NCBI GenBank assembly: GCA_003427395.1
Contig: BFEA01000029.1
Coordinates: forward strand, 609,447-671,799
Source: Chara braunii
Taxonomy: Eukaryota > Plantae > Charophyceae
DNA: 62,353 nt
Reading direction: 5' to 3'
Shown here: in pieces, positions 48,001 through 61,990 of the stretch
Layout: every line of letters starts with the position of its first letter
How positions within the stretch are numbered: position 1 is the stretch's first letter
Notes under the pieces: model-generated
Database searches by the model: none
What the model was told of the DNA's origin: nothing
What the model saw: only the letters and a program-made list of their open reading frames with translations
Made by a program: the position numbers and the translations under genes

Positions 48001-48294
48001 CTCGAGGAAAGGTGAACAATACAAGGGGAAAAACAAGAAGGCAAAACCAAAGGAAACAGGCCACTCTTCCTGCTGAATCTAGCAGTCACATGTCATTGAG
48101 AGTTTCACCACTAACACATACACACAATCACAATCATTAGCGAACTTCATGGTATCTTCAATAAGTAGAATCATCAACGTCAAAATAGTTGACTACATAT
48201 AGTCAGCTAGGAATGCCCATCGGGTGAGGTTCCACTAGCAAGGGGATATGACGTCAGTCGATCTGTGTGGTGGTCGTGTTGAAGCTGGGGTGCA

Positions 48295-50700
48295 GCATGT
48301 GCTGGGAACCGGGCCCAGCGTCCCATATGGAAATCTACATGGAATTTTGAAAGTTTAAGATACCGGGGCCATTACCCGGCTTTGGCTAGGACGGTTTTGA
48401 ACGACTTAGAAAATTACTACGGCAACTTCAGAAAAAGGGTCTGGCCACAACGAAACACGCCACCACAGAGGTCCTACAACTGTTCAAGACCCTGTGTATC
48501 CCTAGCAACCCTTCTAAAGCTTTCCCACACTGTCTTACTCCCTGCCGGGCTCTTCCAGGCGTCACACCCCCACCCTGCTGGGTTACAGGGCAACACGACT
48601 CACCCCAGCTCCGACCAGCGTCGTCCCAGCAGCAACCCTTGGTTGCCCCTTGGAATGCCCACCCCAAAGCATCCCCAGATCTCTCTACCAGGCCTCACAC
48701 TCCTGCATCAACAGGTTACACGGCAACACCCCAGCACCGGCCAGCGTCGTTCTGGCATCGAACAGCCGCAGATCACTGAGTATAGCAGCGATGGAGCCGT
48801 CTAAGATGAGTTGCTAGGAATCCCCGAAATTCTAAATCATTCCTAAGACCCCCCTTGACAATCATGAAACATCCAACCAAACCTTGGATCTTTTTTTGGT
48901 AGTTTCGTGAGAGCTAAACTAAGAGCATACATGAAACAGTCTGATCAGCCTAAAAAACAGGAAAACAGGAAAATGAAATCCACCCACGATCCAGCTCCTT
49001 CCCTGCACTGCAGAGGAAAGATCACTGCCCAGGCATTCAGTCCTCGTACCAGAACTCACTAGTTCTCATACCCCCCTTGCTAGGGTGACAGGACAACACC
49101 AACTGCCCCAGTACCGACCGAACTAGTTCTGACGGACAGGAAGTGTCTTCCTCCCTCGACAACTTCCTTAGCTGCACAGCCCCCCAAGTTACAGGGTCAC
49201 TGCCCCGGCATCAGCTACGTTGAACAATATGGTTATGCCTTCCATCCTCGGCATAGCTCCAATAGTCTCAAGCTCCCTCTGGTTACAGAGCAACTGCTCC
49301 AACACCGACCATTGTCACCCCACCCCGCCCTACTAATAAACCTACCACCCTGAACACCAATCCGTCCTCTGCCTGCGGACCACCCTGCTAAAACCAACGT
49401 ACCCCTTCCTGCTTACCGAATAACTTTTAAAGAGTTTTAAGAAATATTCAAAAACTCAGGAAAATCATATACCAACCTGAAAAAAATTAGGGAAACTTCA
49501 CCTACATCCAAAAAGAGGACAGGAGAGGAAAATTTATCCTCTTTTCAGATGCAGGTTCTGGCATTCACCCGGGACTCCACAACACATAATAAGCTCACTG
49601 CATGACCATCGTAGTTAATCCTTCCCTAAAAAAGCAAACCCCCTGTTCCTACACTGCCCCCACCGAGAGGCACCCCCTCTCCTCTCGGGTCTCGGGGCCA
49701 GTTTGGAACAGCCTATAAACGGACACTTCAACCACCTAAAAGACATACAATTCCCCCTAGAGCACACCTCACAGGCTGAATTTCCCCCTATCCTTCTTCC
49801 CCACTCCCTCGAAGCAAGACAGTCCTCTCATCCTCACACCCTGCTATAAGCAGCCACCCCCTTGCCTTCTCTCCCCAACCGCTAGTGTTGATCCGACCCT
49901 AAATCAGCCTGGCCCAGAAAAAAACAATCCCTCAATACCGCCTTCCCCCTTCCAAGGGTAACACCTCCCACCTTGTGAAACCCTCACGGGGAGGGGCTCC
50001 AACCGTAAAGGAGAACCCCACAGATTCACAAAGCAAGACGCAAATATACCGTACAAAGACCCTGGCAAGTTTTGAAACACAATTAACGAAAAAGCCAATC
50101 AGAATCATAATTTATGGCGACAGTAATCTCGGCTAGGAAGTTGAGATTTGCAGACGTAGATTTTTCAAATAGAAAAATACTTCGGAAGCATACTTTTAGA
50201 AATTCAAAATCAAAAGCAAAATTGTGAAATTTGTCTGAAACATCTTTTGGAAATTAAATTTACAAACAAAATTTAAGAAATTATATGAGATGTCCAATAT
50301 TGGACTCACGAATATATAAAATCAAGAAAGTAATCCTAATCATAGTTAAGGTCATCGTTAAGGGAAGCAACTATGTACTAAAGAACATACTCATGAATAG
50401 GAATTGCACAGAAAATCACTGCGAGCAATATCAGGAAAACATCAGTTAGAGAGAATATAATTCACACAAGAAATACTATCGAAATACTCTAAAAAAAAGT
50501 AGTCAGCAAAAACATGTTGATCATCAGGCGAAAACAAATACAAGATCATACCCAGTCAATCGGAAAAGCAAAAAATCATGAAAATAGAGTAGAAACCTAC
50601 GAGTACCCAACACACGAGCCTCTCTTCCCGAAACTCACCTCCACACTTCACCGACCTTAAGGTATCTCGGCCGCCATTCAACCACTCTGGTCAGTCAAAG
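48295..50700 (-). mobile_element. Longest family X copy
   Basis: Tail hairpin at 48298-48324, repeated ggttacagggcaac..ccccagc modules, and 49650-50010 homologous to 890-1200 and 3010-3290. The far boundary is approximate. Confidence 0.65.
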
Positions 50701-51549
50701 TCGAACGGTGACAACAACGGACCGCATCGCGTTTACCAAAACTATCCACGCCACGTTGCAGAACCAGGCTGCTGAACCCGCCAACAGCTCCCTATAGGCA
50801 GTCCCAGAAGAGGAGAACTCGTGACCTTACAAAGTATTGCACCGTCTCGTAGAGATAAGCAGCAGCAACAGATTATATCTCCATACGCCAGGAAGCTCGG
50901 AAACATCCCACCAAACCAAACCCCGACAACCACCTTCCACTGTTCCCAATACCTCAACAAAAAAAGTTCACCCTACCCACACTTGATCCATCGCTGTCAC
51001 TTTCACCCCTCACACACCTTCTCCCTCCCCATCATCAGCTTCCCCCACCGCTTCATTCCATGACTCGACATCTTCGTGTCGCCACCATCGTATATCTGCT
51101 CCGCCACTCATCACAATCGGCCCATCGTGCTGACCCGGTTTCGCGCCTTGGAAATGTTGGGGCGCAATGCTCGCGGTAGCGCTGCGCCCCCCTATAATGA
51201 CAATATCAGGTTAGGGTCATTACCCGGTTTCGGCTCAGAAGAACTCAAGGAATACAGTAACTCAAGACTTAGAGAAGAAACTTGCTTGCCATCGAGGGGG
51301 GGGCAAGGTTTTCCCGGGCATGAATCGCCCCTGCGGAGAAGTGGTGTGGGACCTATGGGTTACGGGATTGATAACCCTGCCCCCTCAATATGACACTAGC
51401 AGGGGGTAAATAATGCCCTCATGATAACATACAATCCATAGTCCATAAGTAACGGCCCTGCCCTCTCAATGATATCGTCACCCCTGATGTGGTGACAGTA
51501 GGCTATGCTAGGATTCCTAGGAACATAGCACCCAAATTGGTCAGGGGCT

Positions 51550-51580
<31 letters not shown>

Positions 51581-52323
51581 NNNNNNNNNNNNNNNNNNNN
51601 NNNNNNNNNNNNNNNNNNNNNNNNNNGAGGGCTGATTGGGAGGCGGGTAGGTCGCGGAGGAGGGTTGCTGGGTGGAAGAGGGGGGCGGGGGAAGAGGGGA
51701 AAGGGGGAAGGGATGGGGATGTAGAGATGAGTGTGGATTGTGCGGGTAACGTCTGGAGCCGTCTTCTTTGGTTGCTTTCCCTCCGTAGTAGAACACATGG
51801 GCAGTATTTTATATAGTTTGTGTTTGTTCGGTTGCAACGAGTCCCAGACCGGAAACCTGCCATCAATACAGTTGTTCCGTATCTAGATGAATTCTTTATT
51901 TATAGAGATTCATGATCTCATGAATGGTGCCTCTACGTGTTCCTCGTTCGTTTGATGCGCTCTATGCGTCCCATTCGGGGTAGTAGAAGGTGGGCAAAGA
52001 CGACACAAGATCTTTTGCTCAGATCTTTACTTTACCAATCTGCCTCCCTCCACCCTTTCCCCGTCCTTCCGCCCTCCCCCCCCCCGCCCCGGGCCCCCCG
52101 TCGTCCCTCCTCCCCCCCACCCCTCCTCACCCCCCCCACCCCCCCGGGCGTCCCCGAATAAAGCAACCGCATATAACCTCCAGCTCATGGATGTAGAATG
52201 CAAGGAGGCAAGGCCTTGTATCGGAGAGTTCCTAGCCAGAGAGAGAAGTATAGGTTGATGCCCAATTAGTTTCCCGATTAGGAAACAAGTTGCAGCTAGC
52301 CAAGGAGCTCCCATGGATTCAAG

Positions 52324-52357
52324 ACACCCTCACACACCCTCACACACCCTCACACAC

Positions 52358-52437
<80 letters not shown>

Positions 52438-52570
52438 GGTGCAAAAGCTGGTCGAAGTTGGGGTTCGTTTGCCGGCTTATTTTTCCTTTTTTTTGTACAT
52501 TCTCGTTTGCCGTGTGTTCTTTATTTTTCCCCTTTTGCCTTGTGCGTTTGTGTGTGTGTGTCTGTTTGTG

Positions 52571-52634
<64 letters not shown>

Positions 52635-52768
52635 AACCTTTAAGGAGGCGCGTATGAGGTCTTCACTGATAACGTTCGGCTCGTTGTTCTCGAACGGAAG
52701 CATCGTCTCTTCCTGCTCCTCTCCTCGCTTTCTCACTCTTCCTCTCCCTCTCTTTATTCTCCTCCTCC

Positions 52769-52823
<55 letters not shown>
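52324..52823. repeat. Compound microsatellite cluster (CA)n(GA)n...(TG)n...(CT)n
   Basis: Direct observation. Confidence 0.9.
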
Positions 52824-52830
<7 letters not shown>

Positions 52831-52929
52831 TATGAGGAGATGATGAACCAGGGAGGGATTATTGAGACCGAGTTACAGTCTTGGAGTTGCAGAGCGCTGG
52901 GTCGCCTCGCTGCAACTGCTCAACATTAA

Positions 52930-53521
52930 AAAAATGTATCCGGGCCGTTTTCTGGAACAGATACGTTACGTTCGGTCTGATCCTGAATGTATCGGGATCA
53001 CTACTAAGTCCATATACATTGAGAATGTTGTGCAGTGGAGCGAGGCCCCTCCCTTTGGTGCTAAATGATGACCCTGATTTGCAGATTTATTTCATATAAT
53101 TTTTAATACAACAATGATATCTTGTACCAGACGAGGGCCACGCCAAGAGAGTGAATATCGCCGTGATCCCGGTCGAGTACACTCCCTTTTTTTTTCAGGT
53201 GTGTAACCGTTGACGCACGCAAGAGAGTGAGACGTCATATGCGCCCCTCGGGCTCAACTTCTTCTTTGGCACTTGTTTTCTCAGGTGTGCAAAACGAGAA
53301 TGAATCTTTCGCTAGAACATGGAAAGATACGTGTAAGTGAGTGAGTTTGCGACACTGCATTGATCATTGATTGTGCGACGATCCTCACTGGGGCTCGCTC
53401 GAGTCTACTCTCGAAATGTGCTAAACGAGAGTGAATCTTCCGCTAGAACATGGAAAGATACACCGCCATGATTCCTGTCTTTTGTGCATGTCCAGAGAGC
53501 GAGTGTAGTGGAGCGAGGCCC
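52930..53521. mobile_element. Tourist-family MITE fragments
   Basis: gtggagcgaggccc ends at ~53048 and ~53520; 53408-53520 matches the right arm of 45984-46224. Confidence 0.65.
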
Positions 53522-53969
53522 ATCCCATTGCGACCTCCTTGGTTGCTACTCTCTCAAGTGTGTGTGTGTGTGTGTGTGTGTGTGACATGAGAGGCGTCCC
53601 AATCCCGATCGTGCGTATCCCGGCAGAGAACCGGTCATCTGTTGTCGCGTTGTGATCGCAGCAGGATCTATCTGTACATGTACATGTGTACAATTATATA
53701 TAATATACATATATATTGTCACAAAATATCAGAGCGCAAATGCGGAAAAAAAGGAAAAAAAGAAGAAGAAAAAAACAGGGAAAATTGAATTCATTTTTTA
53801 ATCTTCTTCCTTATAACTCCCCCTGTTCAGAACCTCTTGCGTACAAGGCCGCCCACGTGGATGTAGGTTGAGCGGCGGCTGTCCCCACCCCCGTGTGTCA
53901 TATCGACCCACTTGCAGACAGCCAAAAGGCAAAGAGATAGATAGATAGATAGATAGATAGATATATAGA

Positions 53970-54345
53970 TTCAGCCTCTACTGATTGATGAGCCGGTGAA
54001 ACTCGAGGACGAAACAGTTTGTCACAGCCCCTCCCCCGTTTGTTGTCCTCTTCTCCTTCTCCCTCCTCTCTGCCTACTACGGTTTACAGGGCAGCTCTGC
54101 TCTGTTTGACGATATATATGTAAATGTGTACATATTTGTATAATATATATATATATGAATATATATGTGTGTATATATCATCAAACAGAGGAGCTGCCCG
54201 GTAAACCGTAGTAGGCAGAGAGGGAGGGAGGGAGGGAGGGAGGGAGAAGAGGACAAGAAACGAGAGAGGGGCTGTGAGAAACTGTGTCGTCGGAGTTTCA
54301 CCGACTGACTCATCAATCAGTAGAGGCTGAACCCTCAAAAACAGT
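53970..54345. mobile_element. Two tail-to-tail copies of a degenerate hammerhead-bearing repeat around (TA)n
   Basis: 53970-54112 and 54178-54331 are inverted. The minus arm reads actgt..GAGGgttcagCCTC..tgatga..GTCGGtgaaactCCGAC.gac.acagt. Confidence 0.65.
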
Positions 54346-54525
54346 ATGCAGAATCCCCTAACTGATTACATTACACTGTAAGTGTGATAATCCACCTTAA
54401 CCCCTGATGTGGTCAAGCATCAACGACTGCCCGGCAACTGATACCTCTCTGAGGTGGTGGGGACCACCAACCACTGCCCTCAAGGTACCTGTCACGAAAA
54501 TCAAAGCAGACTATCACTCACCCAT

Positions 54526-54575
<50 letters not shown>

Positions 54576-54888
54576 TAAATCTATGTCACGTATTTAGCGA
54601 TGGGCGCGCTTTCCATTGCCGCCCACGTGGACAGTGTGGGTGGCAAGCTTGACAGTGCAGATGACGTCGCACTTCGAGGGTGTCGTCGCGCAGCGTGACA
54701 CAACATGGCTTTGAGAATTCGAGATGTCCTCTGAGCGAGAGTATGTGACGTGACACACGTCTCCGTCTGGGCGATTAACATGACACGTCACGTCGTCAGT
54801 GATTAGCGTGACACGTTACGCCTTGAACCATTGACGCATGTGACATGTTATGCTTTGACAGACTCTTTACTCACACACACACACACAC

Positions 54889-54927
<39 letters not shown>

Positions 54928-55239
54928 TTGTTGGTGGGATAACTGAAGAGAAGAGTGTGCTGGTCAAAAAGGCCTTGTGTAATGTGAGTGAGGGCGAGGG
55001 CGAGGGCGGGGGCGGGAGTGTACGGCCACGTGCTGAGTGAAGCAGGCTGAAGGAAGAGAGTAGTCCAGGCACACACACAAGACGGGAGAAAAGCAGTTGT
55101 CAAATAGACAGCACGACAAAGGTGAAATTGAAATCTGCACGTCATAGAACACGCCAGCCATGCACAGGACATCGCAGGGAAAACCCCATCGACCCTATTA
55201 TATGAAGTGTGAAGTGTGTGAAGTTTTGTCTTTCTTGTT

Positions 55240-55241
<2 letters not shown>

Positions 55242-55282
<41 letters not shown>

Positions 55283-55400
55283 AACAGCCCGAGCAGCTGC
55301 TAGGGTTGCTGATATGATCAGACACCACTAGCAGAGTCGGGATGGCTCCATCTATTCATGGGGAGCAACACCTGCTGGAAATCGGGTCCAGCGTCCCTGT
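55242..55400 (-). mobile_element. LINE-type structured 3' tail with poly(A)
   Basis: Same structure as 18742-18859; T-run at 55242-55278. Confidence 0.75.
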
Positions 55401-56315
55401 AAAGTACATTTAAAATGCAATTATACAGTTTGATGTGAACCATGTGAGGTACGAGAACAATAAGCTCGTGAAAGGTTAGTAAGTCTGTAATTTGTACTAA
55501 CTATCGATTGTAATGTAGTTTATAATGTGAACCCAATCAACTATGAAGACAATCAAAATGTGGAAGGTTTAGTATGCATGTAGAGGAGGTGGGTCGTAAT
55601 CGGCCCAACATCCTCATTGTTTTTTGGGGCTGTGGTTATTTGTCTTGCTGGACCGGGACTCCATCGTCTCATGGAGCTGCGAGTAACACCCATCCCATTC
55701 TTGGAGCGCTCATTATCTGTTAACCTTGCCCTATTCAGCAACCCCCCTAATAGTTGATTCATTGTCTGACTTTTAAATCCCTTTCAACCTATACCCTGGC
55801 CCATCCCATGCATATCATACTTAACATATGCTCAATGTTTCGCAGTATCAGCTTTGACCTTCCTTAGGTCGGGGCTTCCACCTTCGCGTCCTCCGAGGAG
55901 ATTAGCACCGATGGATCCGTTGGGGGCCCCTTGGTCTATTTTGTTGTGTCCCCTTTGTTTCTTCTGTCCTTTGTTAACTCTCTGCCTCTTACTCAGTCCT
56001 TTTGTCTGTGTCCTTGTCACTCTCTCGCTGCGTGCCCTGCGAAGCCCTCTTCGGTCCAGTTGCATTGCAGGGGCTGAGAGGGTACGGGGGGGGGGGACAG
56101 GAGGGCAGCAGGGGGGAGGACAGTTATACTGTTTGTGACATGCATATGGAGAGATGTAGGTGGTGGTTAAGCTTTTAATTGGTAGGCTCTTTTTTTTTTT
56201 TAAACCTAATCAATCTTTGACGTTCTGTCGTGAATTATTTGGTGTGGGTGGATATATCCTTTGAGGTCTAGGGGGAGATAACCCCTTGTAAGTGGGGGGG
56301 GAGGGGGGTGGCTAT

Positions 56316-56740
56316 GGGCCTCGCTCCACTGAACATACTGCATACGACATGTATGTGCCCTGTATTTTTGCACAGATACATTCGAACTGATCCAAGGTTT
56401 TGACTGTATCGGAACCATTATCAGGTCCAGATACGTCTGGGATGTTTTCTAGTGGAGCGAGGCCCTATATATACGAAGTGATGACAATCTGCAATCTGTG
56501 AGAGAGGAAGAAAGTTCAAACCCTCGTGAATAGCATTAGGGGAAAAAAAAAAAAAGACCCGATACATTCGAACCGATCCAAGGTTTTGACTGTACCGGAA
56601 CCATTACCAGGTCCAGATACGTTTGGGATGTTTTCTAGTGGAGCGAGGCCATATATATACGAAGTGATGACAATCTGTGAGAGAGGAAGAGAGTTCGAAC
56701 CCTCGTGAATAGCATTAGCGGAAAAAAAAAAAAAAAAAAA
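56316..56740. mobile_element. Small Tourist-family MITE (56316-56466) plus a ~185-bp tandem duplication
   Basis: gggcctcgctccact...agtggagcgaggccc; 56375-56555 is similar to 56561-56740. Confidence 0.65.
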
Positions 56741-56744
56741 GACC

Positions 56745-59700
56745 TGATACACGAGGGTTCGATACATCAGGAGGAGAGACGGGCGAGGAGGAGAGGGTGG
56801 GTTGAAGGGAGCGAGGAGGAGAGACGGGCGCGTCAGGGACGAGGGGTGGGGGGGAAGCGCGTCGGGGACGAGGTGTGGGGAGAGGGGTGTGGGAGGAAAG
56901 GATGTGGAGTTTAAGGGGAGGGANNNNNNNNNNNNNNNNNNNNNNNNNNNNNGGGGGGGGACGTCAAGTGAGGATTGCGAGGGCAGCAGGGGAGGATGGT
57001 GCTCCTGGTTGTTGGTAGGATCATGTTGCAGGGCGGCGTTGACGATGTCTGTGTCTCGCCCCTCGCCAAGGGGTAGTAACACTAGTGGGGGGGTCTTGGG
57101 GGGAATTGTGAAGTCTCTGGCTGGCCTAAGGGACCACGGGGGATCTCGGGGTGGCAAGAGGCCCCATTTGAGGTTGTACTGTGTGTCCACGTCCGCTATC
57201 CTTCTTTGTGGGTCAAGCCATGTGTCCTTGAATATCTTCACCTCGTTGTCCCTTTGTTGTGGATCTGTGATAGTGGTCAGTGTTTCTCTGAGTGCCTTCC
57301 ATGCTTTTATGATATTGGCCTGTATGGTTTGCGTGATTTTTGTTTTAGCTTCAGGTAGACCGAGTGTATGTGCACGACGCTCGAAGGTGCATCTTGCTCT
57401 CCATATGGTCATAAGGATAGGTAGTCGTGTGGCGTGATAGAGTTTATATTCGAAAGTTATCCAGTCTGAAGTCATAAGTGGCTGAGATCCAAACAGGAGT
57501 GTGTTGGGCTGTCATGGCAGGTTTTTTCTGGTTAGTGACCTCCACGCTGCATCCCACCATATCCATATCTATTGTGCCATCGGGCACTCCAAAAGGCAGT
57601 GGTCCAGGTCCGCCCGTCTGGGGGGGGACGACCTCCCACAGTAGGCATAAATTGGAGAGAGGAGTCCTTTCTGGTCTAATCGTGACCTGGAGACTAGCCA
57701 GTCCGACGTTGGCACGCAGCGATGCCATATCTGCCATTGCAGTGCTCGGAGCGATGTTGGCATAATTTTGGCGATTTTGGTCCAGTCAAGGGTCGGGATT
57801 TGATGATCCGCAAAGGGTGGGTCTCTGATCCAGCGATTCCTGAGGCGTTCGTTGACCGGTGCTCGTGCACGGGTCAATCTGTAGCAGTCCTTGACTTTAT
57901 ATTGCCAGATCGCTAGTGGTCTTTTGTCTTCCCATTGCCATTCCGCCAGGTCGAATGGGAGGGAGCAAATGGGCATTGTAGGTTGATATGCCCAGTGACC
58001 TTTTTCTTCATCCGCTACCACTCTGATCCTTAGCGGCTCAGGCCACCCACACTGTCTCTCCAGATCCTCATTCCTGGTAAGGTTGGCGAAATTGGCCCCA
58101 GGTAATGTCGGTTCATATGCTTGCAGGGTCGCCTGTGTTCCGTCTGTGCTTTGCGCTATGGCGAGGAAATCATGAATGTGAAAATGTTATCAGTAGGGTG
58201 GCATCGTTGACTGTAATCCAACCAAAATCCAAAGGAGGTCTCGGCATCATTGATTCAGCTACCCAGACCATGACTCTTTCAATTCAAGGGTTAAAACGCC
58301 TCTTACTTAATCCCCTGACTCCTTGGACTCTCCTGGCTTGTGAGCAAATCAGGGGGTTAGCACCACCCACTTCGGAGGAGGTAGACCCCCTCATGTGGCT
58401 AGAAAATCATTCCTGGTCCCTTCCAAGAGGTTCTCCAGTACAACCTCTTCAGGGGGACCTCTCTGATCGCCAAGCAGCCAAAAAAAATCTTTACAGGGAT
58501 CCATTTTGGATCACTTTAATGAGAACCTGGAGGAAACTCCCCTTCCTGATAAGAGAGACCCTAAGAGATGGGATGAAGTAAGTCAACAACCATTATTTAA
58601 CAATACATTTTTCAAAGACACTCATGGTTGTACTCTTAACTGCAGTGACTCGCCATGGAAAGGGTGGATTAAGACAGGGGTTATTCGCATCATGGATATT
58701 TGGAATAGTGAGAACAGAGACTGAATTGATTCTTTGGTCCTCCAGGAACGCTTGAGACACTGTCATCATCAGAAGGAAGCCCTGGATCAGATAATTGACA
58801 TCATCCCTTTAGAATGGGTCAGAATTCTTACGAAAGGGCCCAAACTCTTTGCTAATGATTGGGTGATCATCAAGGCACAACAGGGTGTAGTGGGGAACAT
58901 AATTGAAGTCTTCAATGAAAGGGACATTCTCCTATCTATTCTTGATTTGGAAGCAGATGGTTTCCTTAAGCCTAGGGCACAAGAGCACATTGAGTGGTTC
59001 AAGGTGAACCAACTATTTCGGATCCGGATTTTAAGGATCAAAGATAGATGGCTAGCCTTTAAACCAGATACATTCATTTCTCACTTACCTTCTGATCCGG
59101 TAAACTGGACCTGGTCTAGTTCAGGGGGAAGGGGATGCTCTTATTGTAGATCGTTTCATAAATTATCAGTCAAATCAACTTATAGGATGCTTCGCCCTAA
59201 GGTTAACATAAATGACCGAATAGAAACCCGTTGGATGAAACATCTAAATGTAAGTAAAAAAGAGTTGCAATCAGTTAAATGGTTTCTCTCCATTAAATCT
59301 CGTCCAACCAGGGTAGCATCTCTGCAGTGGCAGATTGCCCATCGCTGCCTTCCCACAAATGATTGGATTATAGACAAAACCTCATTAGAACAAAGAAGAA
59401 TAGCTCACCCGTTGTGTAAGTTATGTAAATCAGCCTTACCTTCCAAACTAATTTCGGGAACATTAGAGCATATTTTTTCTCCAATGCCCAGGATCAGCTT
59501 GGCTATGGCGTTGGTGGGATAAAATTTGGAATGAATTGGAAACATCCCTCCCCCTGGTCCTAGGATTGGAAGACGCTGCTCTTGAAAGCCTGGAATCCCG
59601 ATAAGGTTGATGACTTTACATTAAACTTGTTCACAGTTGGAGGAAGAGCAGTTATTTGGGCAATATGGACACGAAGATGCACCTATGAAATGGAAGTTGC

Positions 59701-61550
59701 ACGCTTGGATGAACCGGAATTTACTGAAACAATTAAGCAATATGTTCAAACAAAGATTACTACCAAATGGGGAGGACTAAAAGAAAAAATATTATATCTG
59801 ATACAGAAAAAAGAAATCATGCAACGTATTATAACATTTAACCGAAGCTAGCTTGGGGGGGGACAAGGGAGGAAGGCTGGTGGAATGGGAGGGAGCGCAA
59901 GAAAATGATCAGGATGGGTTTCAATTTTCAAAGGAATTACCGTTTGATCTTCAATGATTGAATTCAATTTGAAGTTGACCCTGCTATTCCATTAAGGTCT
60001 CTGATGGACTTCCCTGATTCTTTTCCCCCATCAAATTTATGTTTATTTCCCAGATCATGGTATGGATATGAATGAACCCATAGAGGGTTGATCCAGTGCT
60101 AGGATGACATGTTTTTTCAGGCGCCCTAATGAGGGTGAAGAGGCACAAGTTTCAATACAACAATCTGTTCTTATGGTTCATGTTCAAGGTTTCCAAAGAT
60201 ATATTTATGGGACACTGGACCCGGTTTCCAGCAGGTGACACTTCCTACCAATAGATGGAGCAACTTGTTATGAAGAAAAAAAAAAAAAAAAAAAAAAAAG
60301 GAACATGACCATGGGGATTGGTAGAGAAGAAAGCGGGATAACCCAGTCCTCTGTCGTGATCTCCGGGCCTTTTTTCAATGCTAGGACCCATGCCTCCTGC
60401 AATTTGGATATTTTTTCTTGTAATTTCTTAGTGTGTTTAAGTTGTGGTCTGAGGAGGCTTACTGTATTCCATCTTCTCTGTACCGTGTCCCACAAATCTC
60501 CCACCGTATAGATGCCTTTATGTGTCTATGCCAGCCAGTGAGACCCGCGAACCAGAGAGAAGGGATTTCCCCTTGTGTCCACCACCTTTGGGTTGTAGAA
60601 GATTGGTTGTCTCCATACCTCATGCCATCTCGAAGGGGTGAGGTTCTCCTTGGGACCAATCTGTCGCCAGAGGTACAAGAGCTCGGCCCAGAGAGGATCA
60701 TTGGTTAGATCTTCCCTGGCTCGGTTTCGAGTGGATGTGTGCGGTCCCTAGGCGGGCCTCTTATTTTGGGCGGGCTTAGGGATAGTCCAGTAGGCATTAG
60801 TAAGTTAGGCCAGGGGGTGAATTGGTCTGCTCGCACTTGACGGCGGGGCTAGTTCTGCCAGTTGCAGCAATGCTAGGGCGGACCAGGGCACGTCGTTGGC
60901 CATGAACAATCTGACTATAATCTTGAAGATCGGTGCCTTGAACTGGTCCCCCGAGTCTGTGATAGCTGGTCTGCCTTTAGCACGTGGCTGCACCACATAT
61001 TTCCAAACCACTCTTTTGATGGTTGAGGCCAACTCGTTGTCATTTCTCCACAAGTAGGATGCCAACACCCCTCTTAATTTGGTCATGTTTTTTTCTCCAG
61101 AGTGCTAGAAAGCACCCTTGTACCAGATAGTGGATAGGATGGTGTTGTTTACAGCCAGCGTCCGCCCGATCAAGGAGGTGTGCAGACCTTTCCATTTTGC
61201 CATCCTTTGTATTGCTATTATTTGCTAAATCTACCAGTGTGAGTCTATGGTCCTTGAGGGGGCCGAGGGCGGTGAGTTTAACTCCTAGGACTCGGATAGC
61301 CTCCACTTTTGGTTTCCAGTTAACTGTTGGCTGGGGGGGCGGATGGATCCCTTCTGAGTGCAACCACCACCCTTCTGTTTTTTTACCCCAATTGATAGAC
61401 ATGCCCGCTGCCACTAAGAACAGATGGATGTTGTGTGCTAGCGCCTGAAGGCTCGCTCGTGTGGCGTTAAGGAGAACCGTGAGGTCATCTGCAAATAGGG
61501 GTGTGACTAGGATGCAGTGAGCTGGCAGTTCTGGTATGTCAACAACAGAA
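56745..61550 (-). mobile_element. Degenerate L1-type LINE ORF2 (RT to zf-RVT), split by an oppositely oriented LINE
   Basis: LFADDLTVLL..GMSINWGK at ~61500; YLWRND..KRVVWKYVVQPRAKG; breaks after EDWVIP at 60300 and resumes ~58150 with LRIRVV..LPFDLAEWQW..LQWQIWHRCVPT..DLDHCLLECP. Confidence 0.8.
58155..60299 (+). mobile_element. 5'-truncated L1-type LINE with structured tail and poly(A)
   Basis: QPKSKGGLGIID; LQWQIAHRCLPTNDW..CKLC..LEHIF; tail motif at 60209; A-run at ~60275-60299. Confidence 0.88.
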
Positions 61551-61599
61551 AAATTGTGGAAAATTTCCATCAAGTTTTCAACTTGGGCACAACACTGAA

Positions 61600-61990
61600 C
61601 CAGCATTGGAACTACGTGAAATGATGTGGCCAACCGTTTAGGACGGTCGGGTCCATGTTTCCAACCGTTTACGAACATGCAGCCAACATGTTTCCAACAT
61701 GTGTTCAACGTTAGTCCAACATGTTTCCAACACGTTCCAACAAGTGTGTGTTGGAAAATTAGTGCTCTTAAGCTCCTAGCAACGCAATTCACTACTGCGT
61801 GGAAATGGCGGCGTAAGCGACGTCATTTCACCTTTGTGTGGCCCGTGGTAGTGAACCGTGATGTTCTTGTGGCTGCGTGGGTCGCGGAGGCGCACGGTTG
61901 AGAAAATGGATGGACGAGCTATGTAGTGAACCGTGATGTTATCGTGTGCTCGTGGGCCCGCAGTAGTGAACCGTGATGTTGTCGTGCGCT
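61600..61990. repeat. Short tandem motifs (ccaacatgttt; gtagtgaaccgtgatgtt x3), possibly DNA-transposon subterminal repeats
   Basis: Direct observation; no TIR or TSD identified. Confidence 0.5.

Noticed and set aside
56690-56740. gagttcgaacc B-box plus A-run as a tRNA or SINE
   Set aside because: No A-box or cloverleaf found.
57440-58600. Head-to-head LINE pieces as a twin-priming inversion
   Set aside because: Both sides encode overlapping homologous but diverged ORF2 regions, which fits a nested insertion.
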